Shown here: positions 1 to 12,959 of the stretch, piece by piece | How the letters are laid out: each line of letters begins with the position of its first letter | Position numbering within the stretch: the stretch's first letter is position 1 | Assembly (NCBI GenBank): GCA_963791275.1 | Contig: CAWBRP010000008.1 | Location: forward strand, 6,809 to 70,808 | DNA: 64,000 bases | Reading direction: 5' to 3' | Source of the DNA: an uncultured Actinomycetota bacterium | Lineage (GTDB): Bacteria; Actinomycetota; Actinomycetes; Propionibacteriales; Nocardioidaceae | The notes under the pieces: generated by a model | The model's input: the letters and a program-made list of their open reading frames with translations, nothing else | The model's database searches: none | Told to the model about the DNA's origin: nothing | Position numbers and translations under genes: made by a program

Positions 1-115
1 GTGGCGGGCGCGGCAGCCGTAGGACGGCCGCGAGACCCCCGACGAGGGCGGCGGTCACGAGGGCTGCTACGAGCCGCGGCAAGGCGGTGGGTGGAGCTGG
101 GCACGCGCTGGTCAC
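1..115 (-). CDS. possible N-terminus of a secreted/membrane protein running off the window edge
   Basis: AGGAG directly before GTG at 115; reads ...PRLVAALVTAALVGGLAAVL, signal-peptide-like; truncated by the window. Confidence 0.3.
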   Translation of the reverse strand, partial: MTSACPAPPTALPRLVAALVTAALVGGLAAVLRLPRPP

Positions 116-298
116 ACTCCTGCTCGGACGGGTCTGGGTGGGCATGTTGTGGGACGCTCGTGGTCGCCGAGAGGTTCGCAACAGGCCGGGACGGGCCCAC
201 CCTCGCCGGCCGTGGAGGCGCGCGACGGAGAGGTTCCCCGAGTCGGGGAGCCTACCAGCCGGAGCCTGACCGACCCTGATCCTCGCGCGCGTGCCGGG

Positions 299-736
299 TC
301 AGCCGCTGCACTTGGCGAGCGCGTCCTTGTAGCCCGCGTCGTCGAGCAGCTTGCCGTCGACCTCCGAGATCGGGCCCGCCGGGACGGCCTAGAAGCTGTC
401 GTCGTAGGTGATGAGCGGCTTGCCGAACTCGCAGTAGCGCCCGTCCGCCTTGACCCGCACGTCGCCGTCGTAGCAGTCCTGGTAGCCGCCGGGCAGCTTG
501 GCGCCGTCGACCCACACGTCGTCGCACTGCGGCGCCTTCGGGGCTCCGACGTCGGGCGTGGCGACTCGCTCGGTGACTCGGTGGCGGTCGCCGACCGGTC
601 TCGCTGACGCTGGGGTCGGTCCCGGCGTCGGTGGCCGTCGTCGCGTCGTCGTCGCCGCACCCGGCCAGCAGGGTGACGAGCGCGAACAGCGCGGCCACCA
701 GCACACCGCGGGTGCGTGGTGCTCGTGTGACGTCAT
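299..736 (-). CDS. putative lipoprotein (frameshifts near 600-540 and an in-frame TAG at 389-391)
   Basis: Lipobox LLAGC after a hydrophobic stretch, then a T/S/P linker and a Cys-containing domain PQCDDVWVDG...CEFGKPLITYDDSF*AVPAGPISEVDGKLLDDAGYKDALAKCSG ending at TGA 299-301; pieces lie in three frames. Confidence 0.6.
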
Positions 737-762
737 GGCGCCATCGTACGCCGTCGTGGCGG

Positions 763-1890
763 TCAGCGGAGGCGTCGGCGCAGCAGCCCGCGACGTTCCG
801 GGACCCGTTCGCGCGCCGGGTGCGGATCGGCGGCAGCGGTGAGCACCAGCTCGGCGAGCGCGTCGGTCGCCATGGCGAGCCGGACCTCGGCGGCCACCTC
901 GTCGGGATGCGGAGTCCCCGGCGGCGTCGGCAGCGGCACCAGCTCGGCCGGGTCGCCGTGGACGGCGTACCCGCCGGCCTCGACGGCGGCGTTCCAGTGC
1001 CGCGTGGCCGCGGTGAAGAGGTCGACGAGGTCGGCGGGCGTGCGCGGTCGCTCACCGCCGTGCCGGGCGAGCACCCGCTCGGCCAGCACCCGCTTGACGA
1101 CCTGCGAGTAGCCCGGTTGGGGGAGCCGCCCGTCCAGCGCCGCGTTGACCGCCCGGAGCACCGCGATCTCGGTGCGGCCGAGCGAGGCGTTCACCTGGGT
1201 CGGCCGCACCGACCCCGCGTCGACGAGGCCGGCGTCGATCCCGGCCGCCGCTCGCGAAGCGACGCCACAGCAGGCCCGGCTCCGCGTCGTCGCGGGGGCA
1301 CACCACCAGGTGCACCCGGGCGGCCGGCACGACGCTCGCCCACCGGGCCAGGGCGGCGGCGTAGTCCTGCGCGTGCCAGAAGTGCGGACGGTCCTCCGAC
1401 GGTGGTCCCGGAGGGGCGCCGGGCAGCAGGTCCGCCCGGAACTGCTCGGCCTCGAAGTCGGCGAAGGAGCGGGAGTCGCCCAGCTTCACCTCCTCCTGCC
1501 AGTGCGCGGTCGCCTGGCGGCCGAGGTCGCGCGCGGTCACGACCACGTGCACCTCCAGGCCGTCGAGGGCTCGCAGCGCTCCGGCGATCTCCGCCTCGGT
1601 GGCGCCGCCGAAGATCTCGTGGCTGATCACCGTGGTGCCCGTCGAAGGCGCGGGCGCGGTCGCACAGCGCCGCCCAGCTGCCCGGCGATGGCGTCGGGGT
1701 CCAGCCCGAACTTCTCGTGGCTGCCGCGCACCTCGACCGCGGCGTGGAACATCCCGCCGGGCCGGAGGAACGGGTAGAGCACACCGGAATCACGCAGCTC
1801 GTCGCGGTGGTCGGCGAGCAGCGCCTGGAGGTACGTCGTCCCCGTCTTGGGCAGCCCGACGTGCAGCACGACCCGTGTCACGGGGCCCAT
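763..1890 (-). CDS. sulfotransferase-like P-loop protein (about 3 frameshifts)
   Basis: N-terminal VVLHVGLPKTGTTYLQ (5'-PSB-like), then ISHEIF, RDLGRQATAHWQE and NASLG motifs across ORFs 1627..1914, 1052..1630 and 763..1209. Confidence 0.7.
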
Positions 1891-1936
1891 CGTGTCACCC
1901 GCTCGTCGCGGCACCCGGGCGGTAGCGTGTGCTCAC

Positions 1937-3193
1937 GTGAGCACCGCCCCTCCGCGCGTCTTCGCGGCCCGCCTGGTCGGGCTGCCGATCTTCGACCCCC
2001 AGGGCGACCAGGTGGCCAAGGTCCGCGACCTCGTGGTGGGTCTGATGTCGGGGCGGACCGAGACCTCCCGGCCGCGGGTGCTCGGCCTGGTCGCCGAGGT
2101 GTTCGGCCGGCGCCGGATCTTCGTGCCGATGACCCGGGTGACCCACATCGACAGCGGGCAGGTCTACACGACCGGCGTGCTCAACCTGCGCCGCTTCGAG
2201 CAGCGACCCACCGAGACCCTCGTGGTGGGGCAGATGCTCGACCGGTCGGTGACCATCCGGTCCTCGGGCGTGCAGGGCACCGTCTACGACGTCGCGATGG
2301 AGCGCGCCCGCAACCGAGACTGGGTGCTCAGCCGGGTCGCGGTCCAGGAGCCGGTGAAGGGGCTCCGCCGCCGCGGTCAGTCGCACGTCGCGGAGTGGGA
2401 GGACGTCGACGGCCTGGCCCGCCACGACGCGACCCAGGGCGCCACCCGGCTGATCGCCGCCCTCAACGAGATGCGGCCGGCCGACGCCGCGAACGTGCTG
2501 CACGACCTCCCGCCCGAGCGCCGCGTGCAGGTGGTCGCGGCGATGGACGACGAGCGGCTCGCCGACGTGCTCGAGGAGCTGCCCGAGGAGGACCAGGTCG
2601 AGATCCTGGAGCACCTCGACTCGGAGCGGGCCGCGGACATCCTCGAGGAGATGTCGCCCGACGACGCCGCCGACCTGATCGCCGACCTCCCGCCGGACAC
2701 CGCTGCCTCGCTGCTGGCCCTGATGGACCCCGAGGGCCGCGAGGACGTCCGCCGGCTGATGGAGTACGGCGAGGAGACGGCCGGCGGCATGATGACCCCC
2801 GAGCCGGTGGTCCTGCCGCCCGACGCCACGGTCGCCGAGGCCCTCGCCCACGTGCGCCGCGAGGAGCTGCCCACCTCCTTGGCGGCCCAGGTCTACGTCT
2901 GCCGACCGCCCCTGGAGACGCCGACCGGCCGGCTGCTCGGGCTCGCCCACATCCAGCGGCTGCTGCGCGAGCCCCCGTCCACCCTGGTCGCCGGAGTGCT
3001 CGACCGCGAGACGACGTACATCAAGGCCGACGCGTCGCTGCAGGACGTCGCCGTGCACCTGGCGTTCTACAACCTGACGGCGGCGCCGGTCGTCGACGAC
3101 GACGGGCGCCTGCTCGGCGCGGTCACCGTCGACGACCTGCTCGACCACCTGCTGCCCGACGGGTGGCGCGACCGCAAGAGCGGTGAGTGGTGA
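1937..3193 (+). CDS. magnesium transporter MgtE N-terminal / CBS domain protein (soluble)
   Basis: PRC-barrel-like N-terminus, MgtE_N acidic helices (ADVLEELPEEDQVEIL, EMSPDDAADL), TAGGMMTPEP and a CBS pair; TAGCGT -10 8 nt before GTG. Confidence 0.85.
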   Translation: MSTAPPRVFAARLVGLPIFDPQGDQVAKVRDLVVGLMSGRTETSRPRVLGLVAEVFGRRRIFVPMTRVTHIDSGQVYTTGVLNLRRFEQRPTETLVVGQMLDRSVTIRSSGVQGTVYDVAMERARNRDWVLSRVAVQEPVKGLRRRGQSHVAEWEDVDGLARHDATQGATRLIAALNEMRPADAANVLHDLPPERRVQVVAAMDDERLADVLEELPEEDQVEILEHLDSERAADILEEMSPDDAADLIADLPPDTAASLLALMDPEGREDVRRLMEYGEETAGGMMTPEPVVLPPDATVAEALAHVRREELPTSLAAQVYVCRPPLETPTGRLLGLAHIQRLLREPPSTLVAGVLDRETTYIKADASLQDVAVHLAFYNLTAAPVVDDDGRLLGAVTVDDLLDHLLPDGWRDRKSGEW

Positions 3194-3195
3194 CC

Positions 3196-3784
3196 ATGAC
3201 GCCCGAGCGCAAGCCGGACAAGAAGGCCGACAACCGCACCGAGGAACGGCGCACCCAACGGCTCGACACGCCCGCTGGACTCCCGTCAGCGGCTGCTGGT
3301 CCGGCCGTCGTACGACGCGGACGCGGTGGGCATCTTCGCCGAGCAGTTCGCGCGCTTCATGGGCACGGCGCGGTTCCTCATCTACATGACCCTGTTCGTG
3401 CTCGGCTGGGTCGGCTGGAACTCCCTGGCCCCCGAGCAGTGGCGCTGGGATCCGTACCCGTTCATCTTCCTGACCCTGATGCTCAGCCTCCAGGCGTCGT
3501 ACGCCGCGCCGCTGATCCTGCTGGCCCAGAACCGCCAGGAGCTCCGCGACAAGGTCATCGCCGAGCAGGACCGGCAGGCCAACGCCCGCGCCCATGCCGA
3601 CATGGAGTTCCTGGCCCGCGAGGTGGCCTCGTTGCGGATGGCGATGGGCGAGGTGGCCACCCGTGACTTCCTGCGCTCGGAGCTCCGGTCCCTGCTGACC
3701 GATCTCGAGGAGCCCCTGGAGCGGCGTCTGGACGCGGCGCAGCCCACCCGGCCCGACCGGGGAACTCCCTCGCCCGCCGACTAG
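3196..3784 (+). CDS. DUF1003 membrane protein (frameshift ~3275)
   Basis: ARFMGT..FL, DPYPFIFLTLMLSLQASYAAPLILLAQNRQ; N-terminus in the adjacent frame. Confidence 0.85.
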
Positions 3785-3794
3785 GCTGACGAGC

Positions 3795-4961
3795 ATGGCA
3801 ACACCCTCCATCGCGCAGGACCACCCGGAGATCTGGGCGGCGCTCGCGACCGTCAACGACCCCGAGATCAAGCGGCCGATCACCGACATCGGCATGGTCG
3901 ACGCCGTCAGCGTCGGTGCCGACGGCGTGGTCGCGGTGCACGTGCTCCTGACCGTGGCCGGCTGCCCGCTCAAGGACAAGATCACCCGCGACGTCACCGC
4001 GGCCGTCGGGCAGGTCGCCGGCGTGACGGGCGTCGACCTCAGCCTGGGCGTGATGACCGACGAGCAGCGCTCCGGCCTGCAGGAGACCCTGCGCGGCGGC
4101 AAGCCCGCGAAGGAGATCCCCTTCGCCCAGCCGGGGTCCCTGACCCGGGTCATCGCCGTGGCCAGCGGCAAGGGCGGGGTCGGGAAGTCCTCGGTCACCG
4201 TCAACCTGGCCCAGGCGATGGCGGCCACCGGCCTCAAGGTCGGCGTCGTGGACGCCGACATCTACGGCCACTCGGTCCCGGCCATGCTCGGCGTCGCCGA
4301 CGCGCGACCCACGCAGGTCGAGGAGATGATCATGCCGGTCCCGACCGCGTCGGGCGTCTCGGTGATCTCGATCGGCCAGCTCAAGCCGCGCCGCGACCAG
4401 GTGGTCGCGTGGCGCGGGCCGATGCTGGACCGGGCGCTGGTGCAGATGCTCGCCGACGTCTACTGGGGCGACCTCGACGTGCTGCTCCTCGACCTGCCCC
4501 CGGGCACCGGCGACGTGGCGATCTCGCTCGGCCAGCACCTGCCGTCGGCCGAGGTGCTCGTGGTGACCACGCCGCAGGACGCCGCCTCCGAGGTGGCCGA
4601 GCGCGCCGGCACGATGGCCTCGATGATGCACCAGCGGGTCATCGGCGTCATCGAGAACATGAGCTACCTCGCGTGCCCGCACTGCGGGCCCGAGCACCGG
4701 ATCGAGGTCTTCGGCGCGGGGGGTGGCGCCCAGGTCGCCCGGACCCTCTCCGAGCGCTTCGGGTACGACGTGCCCCTGCTCGGCCAGATCCCGCTGGAGC
4801 CGTCGCTGCGGGAGGGTGGCGACGTCGGCAAGCCGATCGTCGACGCCGACCCGACGGCACCGGCCGCCCTCGAGCTGACGAGGATCGCCACCGGTCTGGT
4901 CGGCCGCGGGCGGGGTTTGGCAGGTTTGCAGCTGGGCCTGACCCCGGCAGGTAAGTTCTAG
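3795..4961 (+). CDS. mrp: Mrp/NBP35 (ApbC) Fe-S cluster carrier ATPase
   Basis: N-terminal FeS_assembly_P domain (DPEI..PI), SGKGGVGKS, DADIYG, WRGPM, DLPPGTGD, ENMS. Confidence 0.93.
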   Translation: MATPSIAQDHPEIWAALATVNDPEIKRPITDIGMVDAVSVGADGVVAVHVLLTVAGCPLKDKITRDVTAAVGQVAGVTGVDLSLGVMTDEQRSGLQETLRGGKPAKEIPFAQPGSLTRVIAVASGKGGVGKSSVTVNLAQAMAATGLKVGVVDADIYGHSVPAMLGVADARPTQVEEMIMPVPTASGVSVISIGQLKPRRDQVVAWRGPMLDRALVQMLADVYWGDLDVLLLDLPPGTGDVAISLGQHLPSAEVLVVTTPQDAASEVAERAGTMASMMHQRVIGVIENMSYLACPHCGPEHRIEVFGAGGGAQVARTLSERFGYDVPLLGQIPLEPSLREGGDVGKPIVDADPTAPAALELTRIATGLVGRGRGLAGLQLGLTPAGKF

Positions 4962-4964
4962 GGC

Positions 4965-5309
4965 ATGTTCGGAGTCGGCCTGCCCGAGATGGCGGTCATC
5001 GCGATGATCGCGGTGTTCGTCTTCGGACCCGACCGCCTGCCCGACCTGGCCCGCCAGGCCGGCCGGTTCGCGAAGCAGGCCTCCAAGCTGGCCAGGAGCG
5101 CCCGCGACGAGCTGCGCGACGAGCTCGGTCCCGAGTTCGCCGACCTCGAGCTGCGCGACCTCGACCCGCGCACCATCGTGCGCAAGCACATCGTCGAGGC
5201 GATGAACGCCGAGGACGACGAGGACGAGATCGCGGCCAAGCGCAAGCAGCGTGAGCAGCGCGAGCTGGCCGAGGGCGAGCTGCCGCCCTACGACGCCGAG
5301 GCGACGTAG
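4965..5309 (+). CDS. tatB: Sec-independent protein translocase TatB
   Basis: [11 protein letters not shown] helix, FGPDRLP, amphipathic helix, [19 protein letters not shown] tail; next to mrp. Confidence 0.88.
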   Translation: MFGVGLPEMAVIAMIAVFVFGPDRLPDLARQAGRFAKQASKLARSARDELRDELGPEFADLELRDLDPRTIVRKHIVEAMNAEDDEDEIAAKRKQREQRELAEGELPPYDAEAT

Positions 5310-5795
5310 CTAGGCGAACTCCAGGGCGGTGCACTGCAGCCGACCCTTGACCTGCTCGAAGCGGGCGGCGACCGCCCGGTGGCGCTCGCCGTGTCGCACC
5401 CGGATGCTGACCTCGCACACGTCCCGCGCGAGGAAGCAGGTGCGCACGCTGACCACGTGGGGCCGCACCGCTCCCTCCGGACGGCCCTGCCCGGGTGCCC
5501 GGCCGGCGGCCCGCGCGACGAGCTGGGCACGGCGGGTCAGGTCGGCGTACACCTCCGGCGTGGTCCAGCGGACCAGCTGCGAGGCCGGCCGGTCACCGCA
5601 CACGATCTCGACGGCCGCCTGGGCGTAGCGGTGGGCCCACTGCTCGATCCGGCGGCGGGTCGGACCCTCGATCGAGACCACGTCGCACACGGGGCCGGCA
5701 CCGCTCGAGCGGGTCGCGGGTGGGTCCAGGTGCGGACGCAGGTCGAGGGCGAGCGTGCCCTGGACGCTGGCCACGGGGACCGGTCGGGCCCTCAT
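5310..5795 (-). CDS. Rv3235-family (DUF6459) protein
   Basis: EIVCGDRPASQLVRW...RAVAARFE..GRLQCTALE; usual position downstream of secA. Confidence 0.8.
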   Translation of the reverse strand: MRARPVPVASVQGTLALDLRPHLDPPATRSSGAGPVCDVVSIEGPTRRRIEQWAHRYAQAAVEIVCGDRPASQLVRWTTPEVYADLTRRAQLVARAAGRAPGQGRPEGAVRPHVVSVRTCFLARDVCEVSIRVRHGERHRAVAARFEQVKGRLQCTALEFA

Positions 5796-6447
5796 CGCCG
5801 GCCGCCCAGGGAGCCGAGCGGCGAGCCGCTGGCCCGGTCGGAGCAGGTCGGGATCGGAGCCGATGACCGCACGGTTGCGGGCGTAGAGCCGGTGCCAGGC
5901 CGCGGTCACCGCCTGGGCGTCCGCCCCCGCGGGGAGCCGCTCGATCGCGAGCGACCACAGGCTGTCGCCCGCCTCGACCACCACCGCGCGGTCCGGAGTC
6001 AGGTGGTGGAGGCGACCCGTCGGCCGGTCGGGCAACGGGAGCCCGGCGACCACCGCGGCCCCGGCGCCCGGCGTCCCGGCGACCCTCGTGGGCCTGCGCC
6101 GGCGCCGTCAGACCGGACAGCACCGCCACTCCGCAGGCCGCCAGCACGACGCCGCGCCACGCGGCCGGGCACCCCGGCAGACCTCGCCGTTCGCGTCCCG
6201 TGGCCGCCTGGGCCACCGTCACCGTGGTGACCACCCAGGCCCAGCCGGCGCAGCCCGCGGCGGCCAGTGCCGCCGCCTGCCCGAGGACCGTCTCCAGCGC
6301 CGGGGTGGGTCCGGCGCCGCCGGCGGTCCGGACGGACCCGGCCAGGTCCGGGTGCAGCCACCACAGCAACGCCGCCACCGCGACCGTCGTCACCGACCAG
6401 ACGGCCGCGCACCGCCACCTCGACCCTCGACCCGCACACCCGTCCAT
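5792..6447 (-). CDS. membrane-anchored LysM peptidoglycan-binding protein (frameshifts ~6060 and ~5815)
   Basis: TM segments, LPLPDRP, LysM VVVEAGDSLWSLA...NRAVIGSDPDLLRPGQRL; SD GAAAGG before ATG 6447. Confidence 0.75.
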
Positions 6448-6537
6448 CCCGAGAACCTTTCGTTTGCGTGTGTTTGCCTCATTCAACGACCGTTGACGGA
6501 GGCGGTCAACCGGCCCTCCACAGGGGAGGATGGGCCC

Positions 6538-7073
6538 GTGGGCTGGGACGACGAGGTGTTCAGGGTGCTCGACGAGCTCGAGCACCGGGCCGAGGCGGCC
6601 TACGACCGCGAGCGGCTGCCCGACCTGGCCGACCGCGGTCGGGCGGCGTACGCCGCGATCACGCTGGCCAGCCGGCTGATGGCGTCCCTCGACACGGATG
6701 TCGCCCTCGACGTGGAGGGGGTCGGACCGGTCGAGGGTCGGCTGCGGAGGGTCGCAGCCGAGTGGTGCCTGGTCCGCGGACCCGGCCAGGACTGGGTGGT
6801 GCGCACCGACGCCGTGCGCGTGGTGCGCGGGCTCTCCGACCGGTCGGTGCCCGAGGTGGCGTGGTCACCGGTGGCCCGCCTCGGGTTCGGCTCCGCCCTG
6901 CGCCGCGTCGCCGACACCGGCGAGCGGTGCGTCCTCCGGCTGCGCGACGGCGCCGCCCACGACGTGGTGCTGCGCCGGGTCGGCGCCGACTTCGTGGAGG
7001 CGGACGAGGGCTCGGGTCGGCTCCTCGTCGCCTTCACCGCGGTCGCCGCGGTGCAGAGCCGCGACGCCGAGGG

Positions 7074-7084
<11 letters not shown>
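6538..7084 (+). CDS. conserved actinobacterial hypothetical protein
   Basis: [14 protein letters not shown]...LASRL...[10 protein letters not shown]...LGFGSALR...RVGADFVE; 3' end uncertain because the frame runs on antisense into secA. Confidence 0.65.
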
Positions 7085-9914
<2,830 letters not shown>

Positions 9915-10033
9915 GGTGCAGTAACTCCTGGGGGTTGCCGGCGCTGGCGCCGGGGCAGACTTGCGCCCGCCACTCTACCTACGGGGCGGTGGGACGGCTC
10001 ATCGAGCCGGTCCAGACATTCGCGTGACCAGGT

Positions 10034-10063
10034 GTTGACATGAATTCCGATATTGGTGTCAAC
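10034..10063. promoter_or_regulatory. inverted repeat, putative TetR operator overlapping a TTGACA -35
   Basis: GTTGACA (10034-10040) N16 TGTCAAC (10057-10063) just upstream of the tetR gene. Confidence 0.5.
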
Positions 10064-10073
10064 TGGCACTCTC

Positions 10074-10649
10074 ATGAAATCCACACGCGGCTACACCATG
10101 ACGACGCGGGCCCGGGCCACCGAGGAGACGCGCACCCGCATCCTCGAGGCGACGGTGGACCTGGTCACCGAGCGGCTGGCCGCCGACGTCTCCCTCGACT
10201 CCGTCGCGCAGCGCGCGGGGGTCAGCGTGCAGACCGTGCTGCGCCACTTCGGCAGCCGCGCCGGGCTCTTCGAGGCCGCCCACACGCACGCCGAGACGAA
10301 GGTCGTGGAGGAGCGCCGCGTTCCCGTCGGCGACGTGGCGGCCGCGATCCGGGTCATCGTCGACCACTACGAGGAGTACGGCACCCGGGTGCTGCTGATG
10401 CTCGCCCAGGAGGACGTCGAGGAGCTGATGGCGCAGATCACCGCGAGCGGGCGACGGCTGCACCGGGCCTGGGTCGGCGACACGTTCGCACCGTTCCTGG
10501 CGACCTCGGCCGACCCCGAGTCCCTCACCGACCTGCTCGTCGTGGCGACGGACGTCTACACGTGGAAGCTCCTGCGCCGCGACCGCGGCCTCAGCCGCGA
10601 CCGCACCCAGCAACGGATGCGCGCCCTCGTCGACGCGCTGCTCACCTAG
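10074..10649 (+). CDS. TetR/AcrR family transcriptional regulator
   Basis: TRTRILEAT...SLDSVAQRAGVSVQTVLRHFGSRAGL helix-turn-helix. Confidence 0.9.
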   Translation: MKSTRGYTMTTRARATEETRTRILEATVDLVTERLAADVSLDSVAQRAGVSVQTVLRHFGSRAGLFEAAHTHAETKVVEERRVPVGDVAAAIRVIVDHYEEYGTRVLLMLAQEDVEELMAQITASGRRLHRAWVGDTFAPFLATSADPESLTDLLVVATDVYTWKLLRRDRGLSRDRTQQRMRALVDALLT

Positions 10650-10658
10650 GAGGCACCC

Positions 10659-11779
10659 GTGTCCGACATCCTGTTCGTCACCTGGGACGGCGGCGGCAAC
10701 GTGCCACCCGCCGTGGCGCTCGCCCACGAGCTCCGGTCGCGCGGTCACGTCGTGCGCTTCCTCGGGCACGCCGGGCAGCGCGAGGCGCTGACGACCGCCG
10801 GCTTCGAGGTCGTCCCCACCCGCCACGCCCGGTCGTTCTCCTCCCGCACCGACAGCTCCCCGCTGGCGCTGCTGGCCTGCTTCGGGGACCGCGGCATGGG
10901 ACGCGACCTCCTCGACGCGGTCGCCCAGCGGCCCGCCGACCTGGTCGTCGTCGACTGCATGATGTTCGGGGCGCTCGACGCCGCGCGCCGGGCCGGTCTC
11001 CGGTTCGTCGTGCTGGAGCACCTCTACGACAGCTACTACGAGAAGGGCTGCCTGCGTGGCCCGCTGGGCCTGAGCCTGGCCCTGCGTCGGCTGCGCCCGC
11101 GGCGGGCGCTGGCGGCCGCGACGCTGCGGCTGGCGACCACCCTGCCCGCGCTCGACGCGGCGGGTCCGACGGTGCGGCAGGTCGGGCCGGTGGTGTCCTG
11201 GACCCCGTCTGCCCCGACTGCGGCGCCCCGGGCGCGGAGCCGATGGTGCTCGTCAGCCTCAGCACCTTCGGCTACGCCGGGATGACCGACGCGCTCCAGC
11301 GGCTGGTCGACGCCACCCGCGGGCTGGCCGCCCGGGTCGTCGTCACCACCGGTCCGGTCGTCGACCCGGCCGACCTCCTGGTCCCGCCCGGGGTGGAGGT
11401 GCACCGCTACGTCCCGCACCGGGACCTGATGCCCCGAGCGACACTCTTCGTCGGCCACGGCGGGCACGGCAGCACGATGGCCGCGCTGGCCCACGACCTC
11501 CCGATGGTGCTGATGCCGTTGGACTCCAAGGTGGACCAGCCGGTCGTGGCCCGCTCCGTGGCGGCGACCGGCGCGGCCCGGGTGGTCGACCGGCGGGCCC
11601 CGGCGGCCGCGCTGGCGCCGGTCCTCGCCGAGCTGCTCGCGGACGGTCCGCACCGCGCCGCCGCCGCCCGGCTGGGCGCGCAGGTCCGCGCGATGCCGGG
11701 CGCCCGGCTCGGTGCCGACCTGCTCGACGGCGTCCTCAGCGGCGCAGTGCCGGAGCCAGGTCGCCGCGCGGGTCGATGA
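10659..11779 (+). CDS. GT1-family (MGT/UGT-like) glycosyltransferase (frameshift ~11200-11240)
   Basis: FVTWDGGGNVPP..ALAHELRSRGHVV; C-terminal VLVSLST, YVPHRDL, GHGGHGSTMAALAHDLP..P..DQ donor-binding box. Confidence 0.85.
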
Positions 11780-12926
11780 CCACGTCGTCCAGGTCGAGCC
11801 AGTCGGCCAGCCGGCGAAGCTCCGCGGTGAGCTCCTCGCCGGTGTCGGCCGGCGCGTGCGGCTCGGCGTACGCGCCCTTCACCAGCAGCCGCCCGGTGGC
11901 ACGGTCCGCCTTGAGGTCGACCCGGCCGACGATCTGGTCGCCGAGCAGGAACGGCAGCACGTAGTACCCGTAGACCCGCTTGGCCGCGGGCGTGTAGATC
12001 TCGATGCGGTAGTGGAAGTCGAAGAGCCACTCGGTCCGCTCGCGCTCCCACACCACCGGGTCGAACGGGCTGAGCAGGGCCCGCGCGTGCACGCGACGCG
12101 GCCGGTGCGCGTCGACGTGGAGGAACGCCGGCCGCTTCCAGCCCTCGACCCGCACCTCCTCCAGCTCACCGGCGTCGACGAGGTCTCGGACGGCCTGCGC
12201 GGTCGGCTTCTGGAGCATCCGGTAGTAGTCGCTCAGGCTCTTGATCGTGGCCACGCCATGGGCGCGGGCGGCCCGCCGGACCAGCTCGCGGTGGGCGTCC
12301 TCCGCCGTGGGGGTCGGCGCCGCCAGCACCGCCGCCGGCAGCACCCGCTCGGGCACGTCGTAGACCACCTCGAACTGGCTCGTGCGGCCGGCGATCGCGA
12401 CCGCGCCGACGAGGAACAAGAAGTCCAGGCACCGGCGCGCCTCCGACCAGTTCCACCCCCAGTTCTCCTTGGTGCGCGGGCCGCTGAACTCCTCGTCGAG
12501 GTGCCGCGCGGTCACCGGGCCCCGGTCGCGCACCGCCGCCAGGACCTCCTGCTCGAAGTCCGGGCGGTCGTCCCACAGTCCCCACTTGCCCTTCTCGGCG
12601 CGGTACCGCTCCATCCGGTGCCGCATGTGGGGCCACAGCTCGACTGGCATGAAGGCCTGGACGTGCGCCCAGTACTCCACCATCCGGCGCCGCTCCCGAC
12701 CCGAGGACGCCCGCTCGAGCAGCCCGACGTCGTAGGGCCCCATCCGGGAGTAGAGCGGCATGTAGTGCGCCCGTTGGAGCACGTTGACCGAGTCGACCTG
12801 CAGCACCCCGGTTCGCTCCAGGGTGCGCTGGAAGGTACGCAGCGTGGGGACCGCGTGGGCCGGGTCGAGGAAGCCTTGGGCGGCCAGTGCCACCCGCCTG
12901 GCCTGCGCGAGGGACAGGGACTGCAT
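11736..12926 (-). CDS. YcaQ/AlkZ-like (HTH_42) DNA crosslink-repair glycosylase
   Basis: QARRVALAAQG, LQVDSVNV..RAHY, LLSPFDP, YRIEIYTP...YGYYVLPFL...GRVDLKADR. Confidence 0.9.
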   Translation of the reverse strand: MQSLSLAQARRVALAAQGFLDPAHAVPTLRTFQRTLERTGVLQVDSVNVLQRAHYMPLYSRMGPYDVGLLERASSGRERRRMVEYWAHVQAFMPVELWPHMRHRMERYRAEKGKWGLWDDRPDFEQEVLAAVRDRGPVTARHLDEEFSGPRTKENWGWNWSEARRCLDFLFLVGAVAIAGRTSQFEVVYDVPERVLPAAVLAAPTPTAEDAHRELVRRAARAHGVATIKSLSDYYRMLQKPTAQAVRDLVDAGELEEVRVEGWKRPAFLHVDAHRPRRVHARALLSPFDPVVWERERTEWLFDFHYRIEIYTPAAKRVYGYYVLPFLLGDQIVGRVDLKADRATGRLLVKGAYAEPHAPADTGEELTAELRRLADWLDLDDVVIDPRGDLAPALRR

Positions 12927-12959
12927 GTCCCTATCTTCGGTGGTCGCGCCCGGCGCGGC

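Noticed and set aside
5310-6053. Apparent LysM-Rv3235 fusion
   Set aside because: An ATGA overlap at 5792-5795 suggests two coupled genes joined by a frameshift
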